Below are positions 48,410 through 57,323 of a stretch of 64,000 nt of DNA, piece by piece. Position 1 is the stretch's first letter, and the number at the start of each line of letters is the position of its first letter. Source of the DNA: an uncultured Actinomycetota bacterium (GTDB lineage: Bacteria; Actinomycetota; Acidimicrobiia; Spongiisociales; UBA4744); NCBI GenBank assembly GCA_963723165.1, contig CAVRPP010000010.1:128882-192881 (forward strand). The letters run 5' to 3'. Below the pieces are notes generated by a model. It saw nothing but the letters and a program-made list of their open reading frames with translations, had not been told where the DNA came from and ran no database searches. A program made the translations under genes and the position numbers.

Positions 48410-50187
48410 ACGGGAGCGAAGGCGCCAATCTGTTGCACGGCGTGGCGGAGGCCCTCGAGGTGGTTTGCGAATGAGGTCCGGTCGGCAGAGGGGAGTCGGT
48501 CGATCAGGCCGGCGTAGTACTCAACTCCGGACCGGAGGTTCTCCTTGACTTCGTTGAAGTAACTCTCTTTGCGGGCGGAGAGGCCGAGCGCAAAGCGTCG
48601 GAACTCCTTTCCCACGTAGTCGACATACAACTCGATCTCCCGGATGAACATATGGGGGCGATCCGGGTTGGTGAGCAGAGAGATACGGCCGTAAATGTGG
48701 TCGACCATCTCTTTGAGGGTTGCCACCCTGGAGAAGTTGACGATGTTGGGACCCGTGCACACCGCCGTGGCGGCATCGTCGTTGATTCCCGAGTTGAGTT
48801 CGGCTCCCCCGGCCAGGTCCCGGCACAGGCAGGTCTTGGCCAGAACGTCTTCTTCCACCATGGCTCGTTGCTCAGGCGTGTACCCCTCCTCGTCCAGGTG
48901 GGCGAGTTTCTGAATGACGTACTTGCGGGAAGCCGTGCAGATGGGTTGTTCGGAAAATTCCGTGTTGTGCAGCGCCAGGTAGCCCTTTGGGCAGGCGCTG
49001 CCGGGCTTCCCGATCGCGATGCGACGCTTGCGGAGCAAGTCGCTGGCCGAATTGCGAAGGTTCCAGAACGGAATACCGAAGGGGGAGGCGTCGCTGAGTT
49101 CGACTTCGTCATCCGTCGCTTCGAGCAACTTGGCCCGGTGCGTCTCATCGACGTTGGTCACCTCCGGTACCAGCAAGAAAGGTGTTCCCCACCCGGTCGA
49201 ATCCAACTCATAGTGCGTGAGCAGCAAGTTGTGCTCTTCAAACGTTCCGATGCCACCCTGGGCGGTTATGCGGAGGGGCAGCGGACGGTCGATCGGCCGG
49301 CGTCCTCCGGCGATCAGTGCATCGTTGGTGATGGTGTGCAGCGTCTCGATCAGGTCAGATCGTTTGACGCGAAGCTCTTCGAGGATCGGGCCCATTAATT
49401 GGCCGGTGGTCGGGAACGTGTGGCCACCACAATTGAGCCCCGACTCGATCCGGTACTCCGACACCCAGATGCCCCGTTTGGCCAGGTACTTGCCCTGGAC
49501 GAAGGCGGATCGGTAGTCGCTGACCTTGAGGACGACCCGCTTTCGCAAAGCACCGGTCTCGTCGGGGAAGAAGTCTTCGAACTCGGCCATGTAGCCGAAC
49601 AGGCGGGGGTTCAACCCGGCCGAGAACACCACTGCTGCCTGCAGGTTGCTGTTGGCGAAACCCCGCAACCCCGAAAGGGCGTCACTGAATTCGGGTGGGC
49701 GCCGTTCGTTGCCGAGGTACGTGTCCCTGTCCAGCTTGGTCATGATGTTGACGTCGATCGCCCCCGGCACCATCTGCTCGATCAGGCCGGTCTGGAGAGC
49801 GGTCCGCTGATCCTGGTCGGCGGTTGCCAGCATCTGGTGGTATGCATCCTTGAGAGAACCCTCCGGCAGCATCTCGAAGTAGCGGGTGAGATCGGTTCCC
49901 GGCTCGAACGACTCGCTCTTGACGACTTCCATTTGCCGCTCAACCAGCAGATGGATCAGATTCAGGTAGGCGGTGATGCGCCGGGCCCGGGCATCATCGG
50001 CGTCGTCACCAATCGGTTCGTACGGCTCGCCGTGGCGCTCAGAGTGGACCTTCCGCATTTGCTCGATCAGCACGTCATCGACAATCTGAATCACAGAATC
50101 GATCCCGAAACGGGCCACTTTGAGCGGCGTGTCGATGGTGAATCCGGTGCCCATCACAGGAATATGGAAATCGTGCACGGTCTTCAC
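48406..50187 (-). CDS. conserved protein of unknown function (593 aa). Weak resemblance to FMN-dependent TIM-barrel oxidoreductases (DHOD/glutamate-synthase-central-domain-like)
   Basis: GTG start; 'ITAQGGIGTFEE...STGWGTPFLL' resembles FMN-barrel phosphate-binding segments; Cys pairs 'NCGGH', 'KTCLC'; no confident family assignment. Confidence 0.5.
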   Translation of the reverse strand: MKTVHDFHIPVMGTGFTIDTPLKVARFGIDSVIQIVDDVLIEQMRKVHSERHGEPYEPIGDDADDARARRITAYLNLIHLLVERQMEVVKSESFEPGTDLTRYFEMLPEGSLKDAYHQMLATADQDQRTALQTGLIEQMVPGAIDVNIMTKLDRDTYLGNERRPPEFSDALSGLRGFANSNLQAAVVFSAGLNPRLFGYMAEFEDFFPDETGALRKRVVLKVSDYRSAFVQGKYLAKRGIWVSEYRIESGLNCGGHTFPTTGQLMGPILEELRVKRSDLIETLHTITNDALIAGGRRPIDRPLPLRITAQGGIGTFEEHNLLLTHYELDSTGWGTPFLLVPEVTNVDETHRAKLLEATDDEVELSDASPFGIPFWNLRNSASDLLRKRRIAIGKPGSACPKGYLALHNTEFSEQPICTASRKYVIQKLAHLDEEGYTPEQRAMVEEDVLAKTCLCRDLAGGAELNSGINDDAATAVCTGPNIVNFSRVATLKEMVDHIYGRISLLTNPDRPHMFIREIELYVDYVGKEFRRFALGLSARKESYFNEVKENLRSGVEYYAGLIDRLPSADRTSFANHLEGLRHAVQQIGAFAPV

Positions 50188-50359
50188 GATTCGTTCCCGG
50201 CGAGATCTCTGGGTTGCACGTCGGTTCCCCGCTTGGTTGGGGTTCAGACCTTCAACCGGAGCGATCCGTTACGCGGAGAGGTCTGCCTGTGGACAAAACC
50301 TACTGCTTCAACCCGTTTATGCGACCAGTTTCCGACTGCTGCAAAGGCTGCGGTTGGTG

Positions 50360-50593
50360 TCAGATGTCTCGAGATTGGGCTGCGAGTAACTGGGGCCGGG
50401 CGATCACCAGGTACAAGATCGGTCCGATCAGCGAGAGGAACAGAACCACGATTCCCCACAACACCTGGTTTTGGTCGGCGGCGGCCCACACGCTCTGGGG
50501 CGTGCGCAGCACATCGATGAGGGCCCAGATGTGGAAAACGAAGAGCGGCAGAGCCATGAGGAAGACCAGGATCCCGAGCAAGCCGATGTCCAC
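50360..50593 (-). CDS. PLDc_N-domain small membrane protein
   Basis: 77 aa; 'IWALIDVLRTP...VLWGIVVLFLSLIGPILYLV' PLD-nuclease N-terminal domain pattern. Confidence 0.7.
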   Translation of the reverse strand: MDIGLLGILVFLMALPLFVFHIWALIDVLRTPQSVWAAADQNQVLWGIVVLFLSLIGPILYLVIARPQLLAAQSRDI

Positions 50594-50741
50594 CGTGGTC
50601 CCTTTCCGAAGGCGAAGGCCATCGTATCGTCGGCGGCCGGCCCAGGTCTCCCATGTTGTGCCTCATCCGGAGCACGACCTGGTCCCGGGGAGCCGCCTTG
50701 TGGTAGAGAAACCCCATTGGTGAATGGCTAGCGTGAGGGCC

Positions 50742-52157
50742 ATGACACTTGTAAGCGAACTGCAAGATGTCCTGGGGGTGGACCGCGTTCTTGTGGATCC
50801 GCTGCGCACCTATGTCTACGGCAAGGATGCAGGCATACGGCGCGGCGAAGTGGCCGCCGTCGCTCTACCTGCCAACGCCGCCGAAGTGGCCCGGATCGTT
50901 GAGATCGCCGCCCGACACGGGATCCCTGTTGTGCCGCGCGGGGCCGGGACCGGGCTGGCCGGGGGCACGGTTCCGCTCAGTCCCTCGCTCGTCGTCTCCT
51001 TGACCAAGATGACCGGGATCGAAGTGGATGCCGAAAGCCGCACCGCCTGGGTCGGCGCCGGCGTTCTCAACCTCGATCTCAGCGTCAACACCGCCCGGTT
51101 TGGTCTCCACTTCGCCCCGGACCCCTCTTCGCAAGCTGCCTGCACGATCGGCGGCAATGTGGCCAACAACAGTGGGGGGCCGCACTGTCTCGCCGAAGGC
51201 ACGACGGTCAACCATGTGCTGGCCGTTGAACTGGTCACGGCCACCGGCCGGTTGGTAGTCCTCGGAGGCGAAGCCCCCGACCCGATCGGCCTGGATTTAC
51301 GGGGGATCGTGGTTGGTTCGGAAGGAACCCTCGGCATCGTCACCCGGGCGCTGGTCAAGCTGACTCCTGATCCACCCGCCGTTCGCACGCTCCTGGCCGC
51401 CTTCGAACGGGTCGAGGATGCCGCCGCAACCGTGTCGGGGATCATTGCCCGTGGGATCGTTCCGGCCGCCCTGGAAATGATGGATCAACGGATGACCATT
51501 GCGGTCGAACGCTTCGTCGGGGCCGGGTTCCCGAGCGACGCCGCCGCGGTGCTGCTGGCCGAAGTTGCCGGTCATCCTGCCGCTGTTGACGCCGAAGCCG
51601 AAGTGGTCCGGGAGGTTGCCGGGTTTAACCATGCCACGCAGGTGCGCACAGCCGCCGACGAGGCGGAACGCGCTCTGCTGTGGAAGGGACGCAAAGCCGC
51701 CTTTGGGGCCGTGGCTCAAACCGCACCCGACTACTACCTGCACGACACCGTCGTGCCGCGCACCAAGTTGGTCGAGGTCATGGCCAAGGTGTACGAGATT
51801 GCCGAGCGCTACGACCTCGCAATGATGAACGTGTTTCACGCCGGGGACGGCAACCTGCACCCTTTGATGGCCTTCGACGCCTCAGAAACTGGAGTTCTCG
51901 ACAGAGTCCAGGCGGCCGCCGACGAACTGGTCACGGTGTGTGTCGAGGCGGGCGGGTCCTTGTCCGGCGAGCATGGGATCGGTTTGGAGAAGCGCGACCT
52001 TATGCCGCTCGTTTTCAACGAAGCGGATCTCGACGCTCAGGCGCGCCTGGCTGAGGCTTTCGATCCCGATGGTTTGTTCAACCCGGACAAGGTGCTTCCG
52101 ACGGGTTCCCGCTGCTTCGACATGGGGCGGGCGGTCCCCGAGGGAACCTGGATATGA
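50742..52157 (+). CDS. glcD: FAD-linked oxidase, glycolate oxidase subunit GlcD
   Basis: FAD_binding_4 'VVPRGAGTGLAGG'; C-terminal FAD-oxidase domain. Confidence 0.85.
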   Translation: MTLVSELQDVLGVDRVLVDPLRTYVYGKDAGIRRGEVAAVALPANAAEVARIVEIAARHGIPVVPRGAGTGLAGGTVPLSPSLVVSLTKMTGIEVDAESRTAWVGAGVLNLDLSVNTARFGLHFAPDPSSQAACTIGGNVANNSGGPHCLAEGTTVNHVLAVELVTATGRLVVLGGEAPDPIGLDLRGIVVGSEGTLGIVTRALVKLTPDPPAVRTLLAAFERVEDAAATVSGIIARGIVPAALEMMDQRMTIAVERFVGAGFPSDAAAVLLAEVAGHPAAVDAEAEVVREVAGFNHATQVRTAADEAERALLWKGRKAAFGAVAQTAPDYYLHDTVVPRTKLVEVMAKVYEIAERYDLAMMNVFHAGDGNLHPLMAFDASETGVLDRVQAAADELVTVCVEAGGSLSGEHGIGLEKRDLMPLVFNEADLDAQARLAEAFDPDGLFNPDKVLPTGSRCFDMGRAVPEGTWI

Positions 52158-53272
52158 CCTCGGTGCGGTCGGCTTTGCAGCGACGGCTGGCTGCCTACCT
52201 GTCCGAACCGGTTGAGAGCGCCCCGCCAGGAGCAGTGGCGGTGGCGCCAGCCACCCTCGATGAGGCCGCTGAGGTCCTGGCCACCGCGTCCGAGCACTCG
52301 CTCCCGGTGCTGGTGTGGGGAGGCGGGACCCACCAGGGTCTGGGCGGGCGGGTGGACCCGGCCATCGTTCTTTCGACGGCCCGGCTCGATTCGATCGTCG
52401 ATTGGCAGCCGGATGATTTGACTGTGGTCGTCGAGGCCGGAGTACGAGTGGCCGACCTCGAAGACCGCCTGGCCGAGCGCCACCAGACGGCAGTGCTGCC
52501 AGAGGTTCCGGGGGCGGCAACGGTGGGTGGTGTTGTCGCCGCGGGGATTTCGGGTTTCCGCCGGCTGCGGTACGGCCCCACCCGTGACCGGATGCTGGAA
52601 GTCGATCTCATCACCGGTGATGGCCGGGCGGTTCGAGGCGGTGGCCGGGTCGTCAAGAACGTCACCGGGTTCGACCTGCCAAGGTTGGCCGCCGGTTCGT
52701 TTGGTTCGCTGGGTTTGATCGGACGGGTCTGTCTCAAGCTGTGGCCACTTCCCCAGGCACGACGCACGGTGACCCTGCCCGGCGCTCAGCCCGACTACGG
52801 CTATCGGCCGCTGGCCGTCGTCGAACAGCGCGGGCAGGTGCAGGTCTTCCTGGCGGGGACTCCCGCGGAGGTCGAGGCACGAACCACCGAGCTGGGCGGC
52901 CGTCACGAGGAAGGGTGGAAGTGGCCCGGTCCGCTCGAAGGACCGGTTGGCCTCTCCCTGCGCCTGGCTCCACGATGGCTGGCCGGATTCCTCGGACAGA
53001 TCCCATCTTCCTGGAGCTATCAGGCAATGCCGGGCGTTGGTGAGACCAGGATCGGTTGCCGGGACTTCGACCCGGACGTGGTCGGCGCGCTTCGCGCCCG
53101 GGCGGAGAGTCACGGCGGAGCTCTGGTGATCACCGACGCCCCCGCTTCGGTCTACGAAACCTTCGATCCCTGGGGAACCGCGCCTGCCGGAATGGAACTA
53201 CAGCGCCGGGTGGTTGCGCGTTTCGACCCGGACCGCGTCGTCAATCCGGGCCGTCTGCCGGGGGGCCTGTGA
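52154..53272 (+). CDS. glcE: glycolate oxidase FAD-binding subunit GlcE
   Basis: FAD_binding_4 domain, 'KNVTGFDL'; ATGA overlap with glcD. Confidence 0.8.
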   Translation: MTSVRSALQRRLAAYLSEPVESAPPGAVAVAPATLDEAAEVLATASEHSLPVLVWGGGTHQGLGGRVDPAIVLSTARLDSIVDWQPDDLTVVVEAGVRVADLEDRLAERHQTAVLPEVPGAATVGGVVAAGISGFRRLRYGPTRDRMLEVDLITGDGRAVRGGGRVVKNVTGFDLPRLAAGSFGSLGLIGRVCLKLWPLPQARRTVTLPGAQPDYGYRPLAVVEQRGQVQVFLAGTPAEVEARTTELGGRHEEGWKWPGPLEGPVGLSLRLAPRWLAGFLGQIPSSWSYQAMPGVGETRIGCRDFDPDVVGALRARAESHGGALVITDAPASVYETFDPWGTAPAGMELQRRVVARFDPDRVVNPGRLPGGL

Positions 53273-54519
53273 TGGGCTGGGTGACGGCGCACGCGCCACG
53301 GCCGGCCGAGCTCAACGCTTGTGTCGATTGCGGTTTGTGTCTCCCGCATTGTCCGACCTACCGGCTGACGGGAGATGAGACCGCCTCACCGCGGGGGCGG
53401 ATTGCGGCCATGCGCGCTGTGGCCGGTGACCTGGTCCCGGTCGATGAGGCATTCGAAGACATGATGTCTTTCTGTTTGCAGTGTCGGGCTTGCGAGTCGG
53501 CCTGTCCGTCGCTGGTTCCTTTCGGGCGAGCCATGGAGGGAGCCCGGGCGGAGGTGGCCGCCCAGCGATCCGGCCCCGGCCAACGTGTTCGACACGCTCT
53601 CCTGGGCCGCCTGGTGACGAGCCCTGGTTGGTTGCGGCTCGGGGCCACCGTGATCGAACGTGTTCGGCAAACCGGTGCCATTTCTCTCGTCCCCGGACGG
53701 CTTCGGTCGGCTCTGGCCGGCATGCGCCGGGGGCCGAGTCGATCGCCCACGATGCGCGGCACAGTCCATTTGGCGCGCGGTGAGCAGATCGGCACCGTGG
53801 CCCTACTGGCCGGATGTGTAATGGACGTTTGGTTCGCCGCCGTTCATGAAGCGACCGTCGAGCTGCTGACGAGGGCCGGGTACCGGGTGGTGGTTCCATC
53901 CCGGCAGACCTGCTGCGGGGCCCTGGCGGCTCACGACGGTGACTCCTCGCGCGCCCGCCGGTTGGCCGGTCGGAATGTGCGGGCACTTCAGGGCGTCGAT
54001 CTTGTGGTGAGCAACGCGGCCGGTTGCAGTGCGCACCTGAAGGGATACTCCGAGTGGGCCGGAGATGCCGGATCGATTCTGGCGAATCGCACCCGGGACA
54101 TCACCGAGGTCGTCGCCGCGGCCATCGAAGACGGCCGGTTGCCGACGATGTCGACAAACCGGGGAGCGGTAGCCGTCCAGGATCCCTGCCACCTGCGGCA
54201 TGCGCAGCGGGTGGTCGATGCGCCCAGGGTTATCGTCACCGCCGCCGGCTACCAGCCTGTTGACCTGACCGACGACCAGTGCTGCGGGGCTGCCGGCCTG
54301 TACTCGATGCTGAATCCGGAGACGGCACATGAGTTGGGCGTGAGCAAAGCCGACCAGATTCGGCTGGTCGGCTCGACCGTGGTGGCTTCCGCCAACCCCG
54401 GGTGTGAGATGCAGCTGCGGGCTCATCTCGAGACCTGGTACCGGGTCGCTCATCCGGTCGAGCTCTATTGGGAAGCCATCCGCGAGAAGGAACTCGGTAC
54501 CGACGAGAAGCCCGAGTAG
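53272..54519 (+). CDS. glcF: glycolate oxidase iron-sulfur subunit GlcF
   Basis: two ferredoxin 'CxxCxxCxxxCP' motifs at the N-terminus plus CCG domains; start overlaps the glcE stop by 1 nt. Confidence 0.85.
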   Translation: MGWVTAHAPRPAELNACVDCGLCLPHCPTYRLTGDETASPRGRIAAMRAVAGDLVPVDEAFEDMMSFCLQCRACESACPSLVPFGRAMEGARAEVAAQRSGPGQRVRHALLGRLVTSPGWLRLGATVIERVRQTGAISLVPGRLRSALAGMRRGPSRSPTMRGTVHLARGEQIGTVALLAGCVMDVWFAAVHEATVELLTRAGYRVVVPSRQTCCGALAAHDGDSSRARRLAGRNVRALQGVDLVVSNAAGCSAHLKGYSEWAGDAGSILANRTRDITEVVAAAIEDGRLPTMSTNRGAVAVQDPCHLRHAQRVVDAPRVIVTAAGYQPVDLTDDQCCGAAGLYSMLNPETAHELGVSKADQIRLVGSTVVASANPGCEMQLRAHLETWYRVAHPVELYWEAIREKELGTDEKPE

Positions 54520-54558
54520 GCTGTGCCGACCGCATGAGAGCTCCAGGGGTGGGGAACC

Positions 54559-55167
54559 GTGGACGAACCACAGGTCATGATCCAAGATCCAATTGAACCT
54601 GAAGCCAAGCGCTTGTTCCGCTTGTTCCGGCGGATCACCGGCACGACGCTCGATGTTGGTCTGCTGGTGGTGGGAACGGCCCTGGTTTCTCTGGCCATTG
54701 TGGTGTTGCTGGACGGGTTCGACGTACTGGAAGTCGGACTGACTCAGTCGACTGGCGAGATGCTCGGATCAGGTTTGGTGATTGCCGTTTTTGGGGCTTT
54801 TGCGTTGGGAGTGGCAGTCGAAGGTCCGATCCGGGCGTTGCGGACTCGTACGGGTACGGAAATCGAGATGCTCCTCATCCGGGCCGGTTCGATCCTTCTT
54901 GTTGGCGGCATTCTGCTTTTTGCCGGACGGTTCATCGAGAAGTACGTCGAGGACCTTCCGTCCACCTTCGGTATTGCCAACAATGTGCTGGTCGCCGTGG
55001 GTGTTGCCGGTTTGACGGCGACACTGCTGCTGGGTGCGGGGGCTCTGTGGGGGTTGCGGCGTTTCTATGCGGATCGGCCCTGGCTGGACCTGATCGAGCT
55101 ACCCGTCCTCTACACGCTCTGGGTGATTGGGACGCTGATCGTGTTCAGCCTCATGTTCGTCGACTGA
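54559..55167 (+). CDS. hypothetical polytopic membrane protein
   Basis: 4-5 predicted TM helices; no recognised motif. Confidence 0.5.
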   Translation: MDEPQVMIQDPIEPEAKRLFRLFRRITGTTLDVGLLVVGTALVSLAIVVLLDGFDVLEVGLTQSTGEMLGSGLVIAVFGAFALGVAVEGPIRALRTRTGTEIEMLLIRAGSILLVGGILLFAGRFIEKYVEDLPSTFGIANNVLVAVGVAGLTATLLLGAGALWGLRRFYADRPWLDLIELPVLYTLWVIGTLIVFSLMFVD

Positions 55168-55200
55168 ACGAAGCTTCGCTCCTCTCTCCCGGCAGAGCTG

Positions 55201-55779
55201 TTAGGTGCCGACAAACGGATCGGGGAGATGGTCTTCAAGGTCGTCCCGCATTGCGTAGAACTCCTGCCGGGTCATGTCCATGACCACCGAGCCGCCGATC
55301 TGGCCGTTCCGGTATATCGAGCAGCGGAACCTGACTGTTTCGCGGAAGCCCAGTTTCGCGGCCAGGGCAATCGCCCGCGGGTTCAACGAATTGGTCCACA
55401 AGCGGACGACCCGCAGGCCGAGCTCCTCGAACATGAAGCGGAGGAGGAGGTCGTTTGCCTCGAGCGCATGTCCGGTCCCCCAGTACGTCTTGGCAACCAT
55501 GACGCCGAGACCCGCCGAGAACCGCGGTTTGAGGCTCATGTACCCAATGAAGCCAACCCGCTCGGCCGTCTCCTTCTCTTCGATGATGAAGCGGCCCTCA
55601 TCGGGCTCGAAGGAGAACTCCCGTGCGTCGTAGCGTTTCGCCATCATCTCGCGGGTGTAGTGGGGTGGCAGCGTCTTCGGCCAGGCCTGGGTGTCGAGAT
55701 CGTTTCGCAGCGAGGTGAGGAATTCGAGATCATCGGCTCGCTCTTCGCGTAGTCGGATCCGGATACCCTCAATGGCCAC
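55201..55779 (-). CDS. GNAT N-acetyltransferase (RimJ/RimL-like)
   Basis: GNAT motif A region; 192 aa. Confidence 0.75.
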   Translation of the reverse strand: MAIEGIRIRLREERADDLEFLTSLRNDLDTQAWPKTLPPHYTREMMAKRYDAREFSFEPDEGRFIIEEKETAERVGFIGYMSLKPRFSAGLGVMVAKTYWGTGHALEANDLLLRFMFEELGLRVVRLWTNSLNPRAIALAAKLGFRETVRFRCSIYRNGQIGGSVVMDMTRQEFYAMRDDLEDHLPDPFVGT

Positions 55780-56302
55780 GGCTCGCCTCCCATTCGGCCC
55801 TCGTCAGATCGAGCCCGACGGCGTCGAAATACGTGCCGTTATGGATCCCTTCGCGGCGCGATCGCCCGGCCTCCACGAATCTGTGCTGCGTCGCAAAAGC
55901 GAGGCCGGCATCGTTCCAATCATCTACCCATGTTTCCGCTGCCAGCGCCGGACCGTTGCCGAAGAGATGCTTTAGGAGGAGGTCGAGCGCTTCCGTCCCA
56001 TAGCCGCGCCGCTGATGGGCCGGGCCGATGACGACGGACACAAAGGGGGCCAGGGGCTCCCAGCTGGGATCGATCAAGCCGAATCCCAGGAGCGTCTCGC
56101 CGCCGGTGATTGCCAGATGAAGTTCGCGATCGGACTTGATCCATTTGCTCAGCAGGTCGCTGACTTGTTCGAGCGCGAGAGGGTCGCGGTCCTCATCGAG
56201 ATAACGGCGTCCCAGAAGCCCGGGCTCGTTGAGCAGATGGTGCAGGGAAGCAGCGTCCGAAGTCTCGAAGGCTCGTAATCGCACCCGTGGGCCACTGAAC
56301 AT
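55769..56302 (-). CDS. GNAT N-acetyltransferase
   Basis: 'HQRRGYGTEAL' motif A; overlaps the previous GNAT gene by 11 nt. Confidence 0.75.
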   Translation of the reverse strand: MFSGPRVRLRAFETSDAASLHHLLNEPGLLGRRYLDEDRDPLALEQVSDLLSKWIKSDRELHLAITGGETLLGFGLIDPSWEPLAPFVSVVIGPAHQRRGYGTEALDLLLKHLFGNGPALAAETWVDDWNDAGLAFATQHRFVEAGRSRREGIHNGTYFDAVGLDLTRAEWEASRGH

Positions 56303-56390
56303 GAAGTGATGTCTAGCGGAAAGACGTGCCGTTCGCTTTCTCTTTTTCCACCTGCGCCATCGACCGCCGTTCCAGGTGATCGATCAAGGC

Positions 56391-57260
56391 CTATTGCAGG
56401 GTCTTTGCATAGAGAAGGGAAGGGTGAATCTCCAGGCCCGCTCGCTGGGCTGCCTGGAGCAGCCAGTCCGCCTGAGGTATGAGCAGGCGCAGCCGTTCGG
56501 CACCTTGCTCCTCGGCCAGATCCACGGCAGCTTTGAGGAGCCGGTAGGCGTCTTCCGGTCCGGTGACCACCCATCGAACCAAGAACCTGTCTTCTTCGAC
56601 CGATCCGATCAGCCATCCGGCCGGGCATTCCCAGAGCGTTCGGGTGCGAACGGCCCGGGTCACGTCCTCGATGGTGAGCATGCGCCACATCCAACCGACG
56701 GCAGGAAACAGGCCGTGGGCGGCTGTGATCAGGTCCCCGGTGGACCAGGCCAGGAAGGCCGGCTCGGTCTCCGGGAGCTGAGCGGGGTGCAATCGCTCTT
56801 CGGCTGGAGCCCGACGACCACCGTTGCCCGGTGAAGACGGAACCGAACTGCCGACGTCTTTCTGCGCCATGGCCCATCGAGCCACAAGACGGTATCCCGA
56901 TTTTTCCACTTGCCGTTGGGCCGGCTCGTTCCACTCCTCGGTGAGGAGGCGCATGACGAGGGCGCCCCGTTCGGCGGCCCAAACTTCTCCGGCCCGGGTG
57001 AGGTGCCCCGCCACCCCCCGGCGTCGGTGCTCGGGATGGACGCGGGCGGCCTGGGCCCAAGCTTCGGACCCTGACAGCATCGAAACCCTGGCCATGCCGA
57101 TTGGTTCGTCCGCCCCGCCGACGGCAACGAGGATCTGACCGTCGGGGCTTGCCAGCCATGTGTCGAAGGCATCGGCCACGTAGTCGCCCCAGGAGAAGGT
57201 GTCGGTCGTGAAGGCGGCAATGGGCGCCTTGTCCTCAGGCCGGGCCGGGCGAATGATCAT
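56391..57260 (-). CDS. GNAT N-acetyltransferase with C-terminal extension
   Basis: 'HPEHRRRGVAGHL' motif A; internal ATG start chosen. Confidence 0.65.
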   Translation of the reverse strand: MIIRPARPEDKAPIAAFTTDTFSWGDYVADAFDTWLASPDGQILVAVGGADEPIGMARVSMLSGSEAWAQAARVHPEHRRRGVAGHLTRAGEVWAAERGALVMRLLTEEWNEPAQRQVEKSGYRLVARWAMAQKDVGSSVPSSPGNGGRRAPAEERLHPAQLPETEPAFLAWSTGDLITAAHGLFPAVGWMWRMLTIEDVTRAVRTRTLWECPAGWLIGSVEEDRFLVRWVVTGPEDAYRLLKAAVDLAEEQGAERLRLLIPQADWLLQAAQRAGLEIHPSLLYAKTLQ

Positions 57261-57323
57261 GCGAAAAGCATAGGGCCGGCACCGGAAACCCTGATCCTCC
57301 GGCACCTCCCAAGCCGCCGCCCG

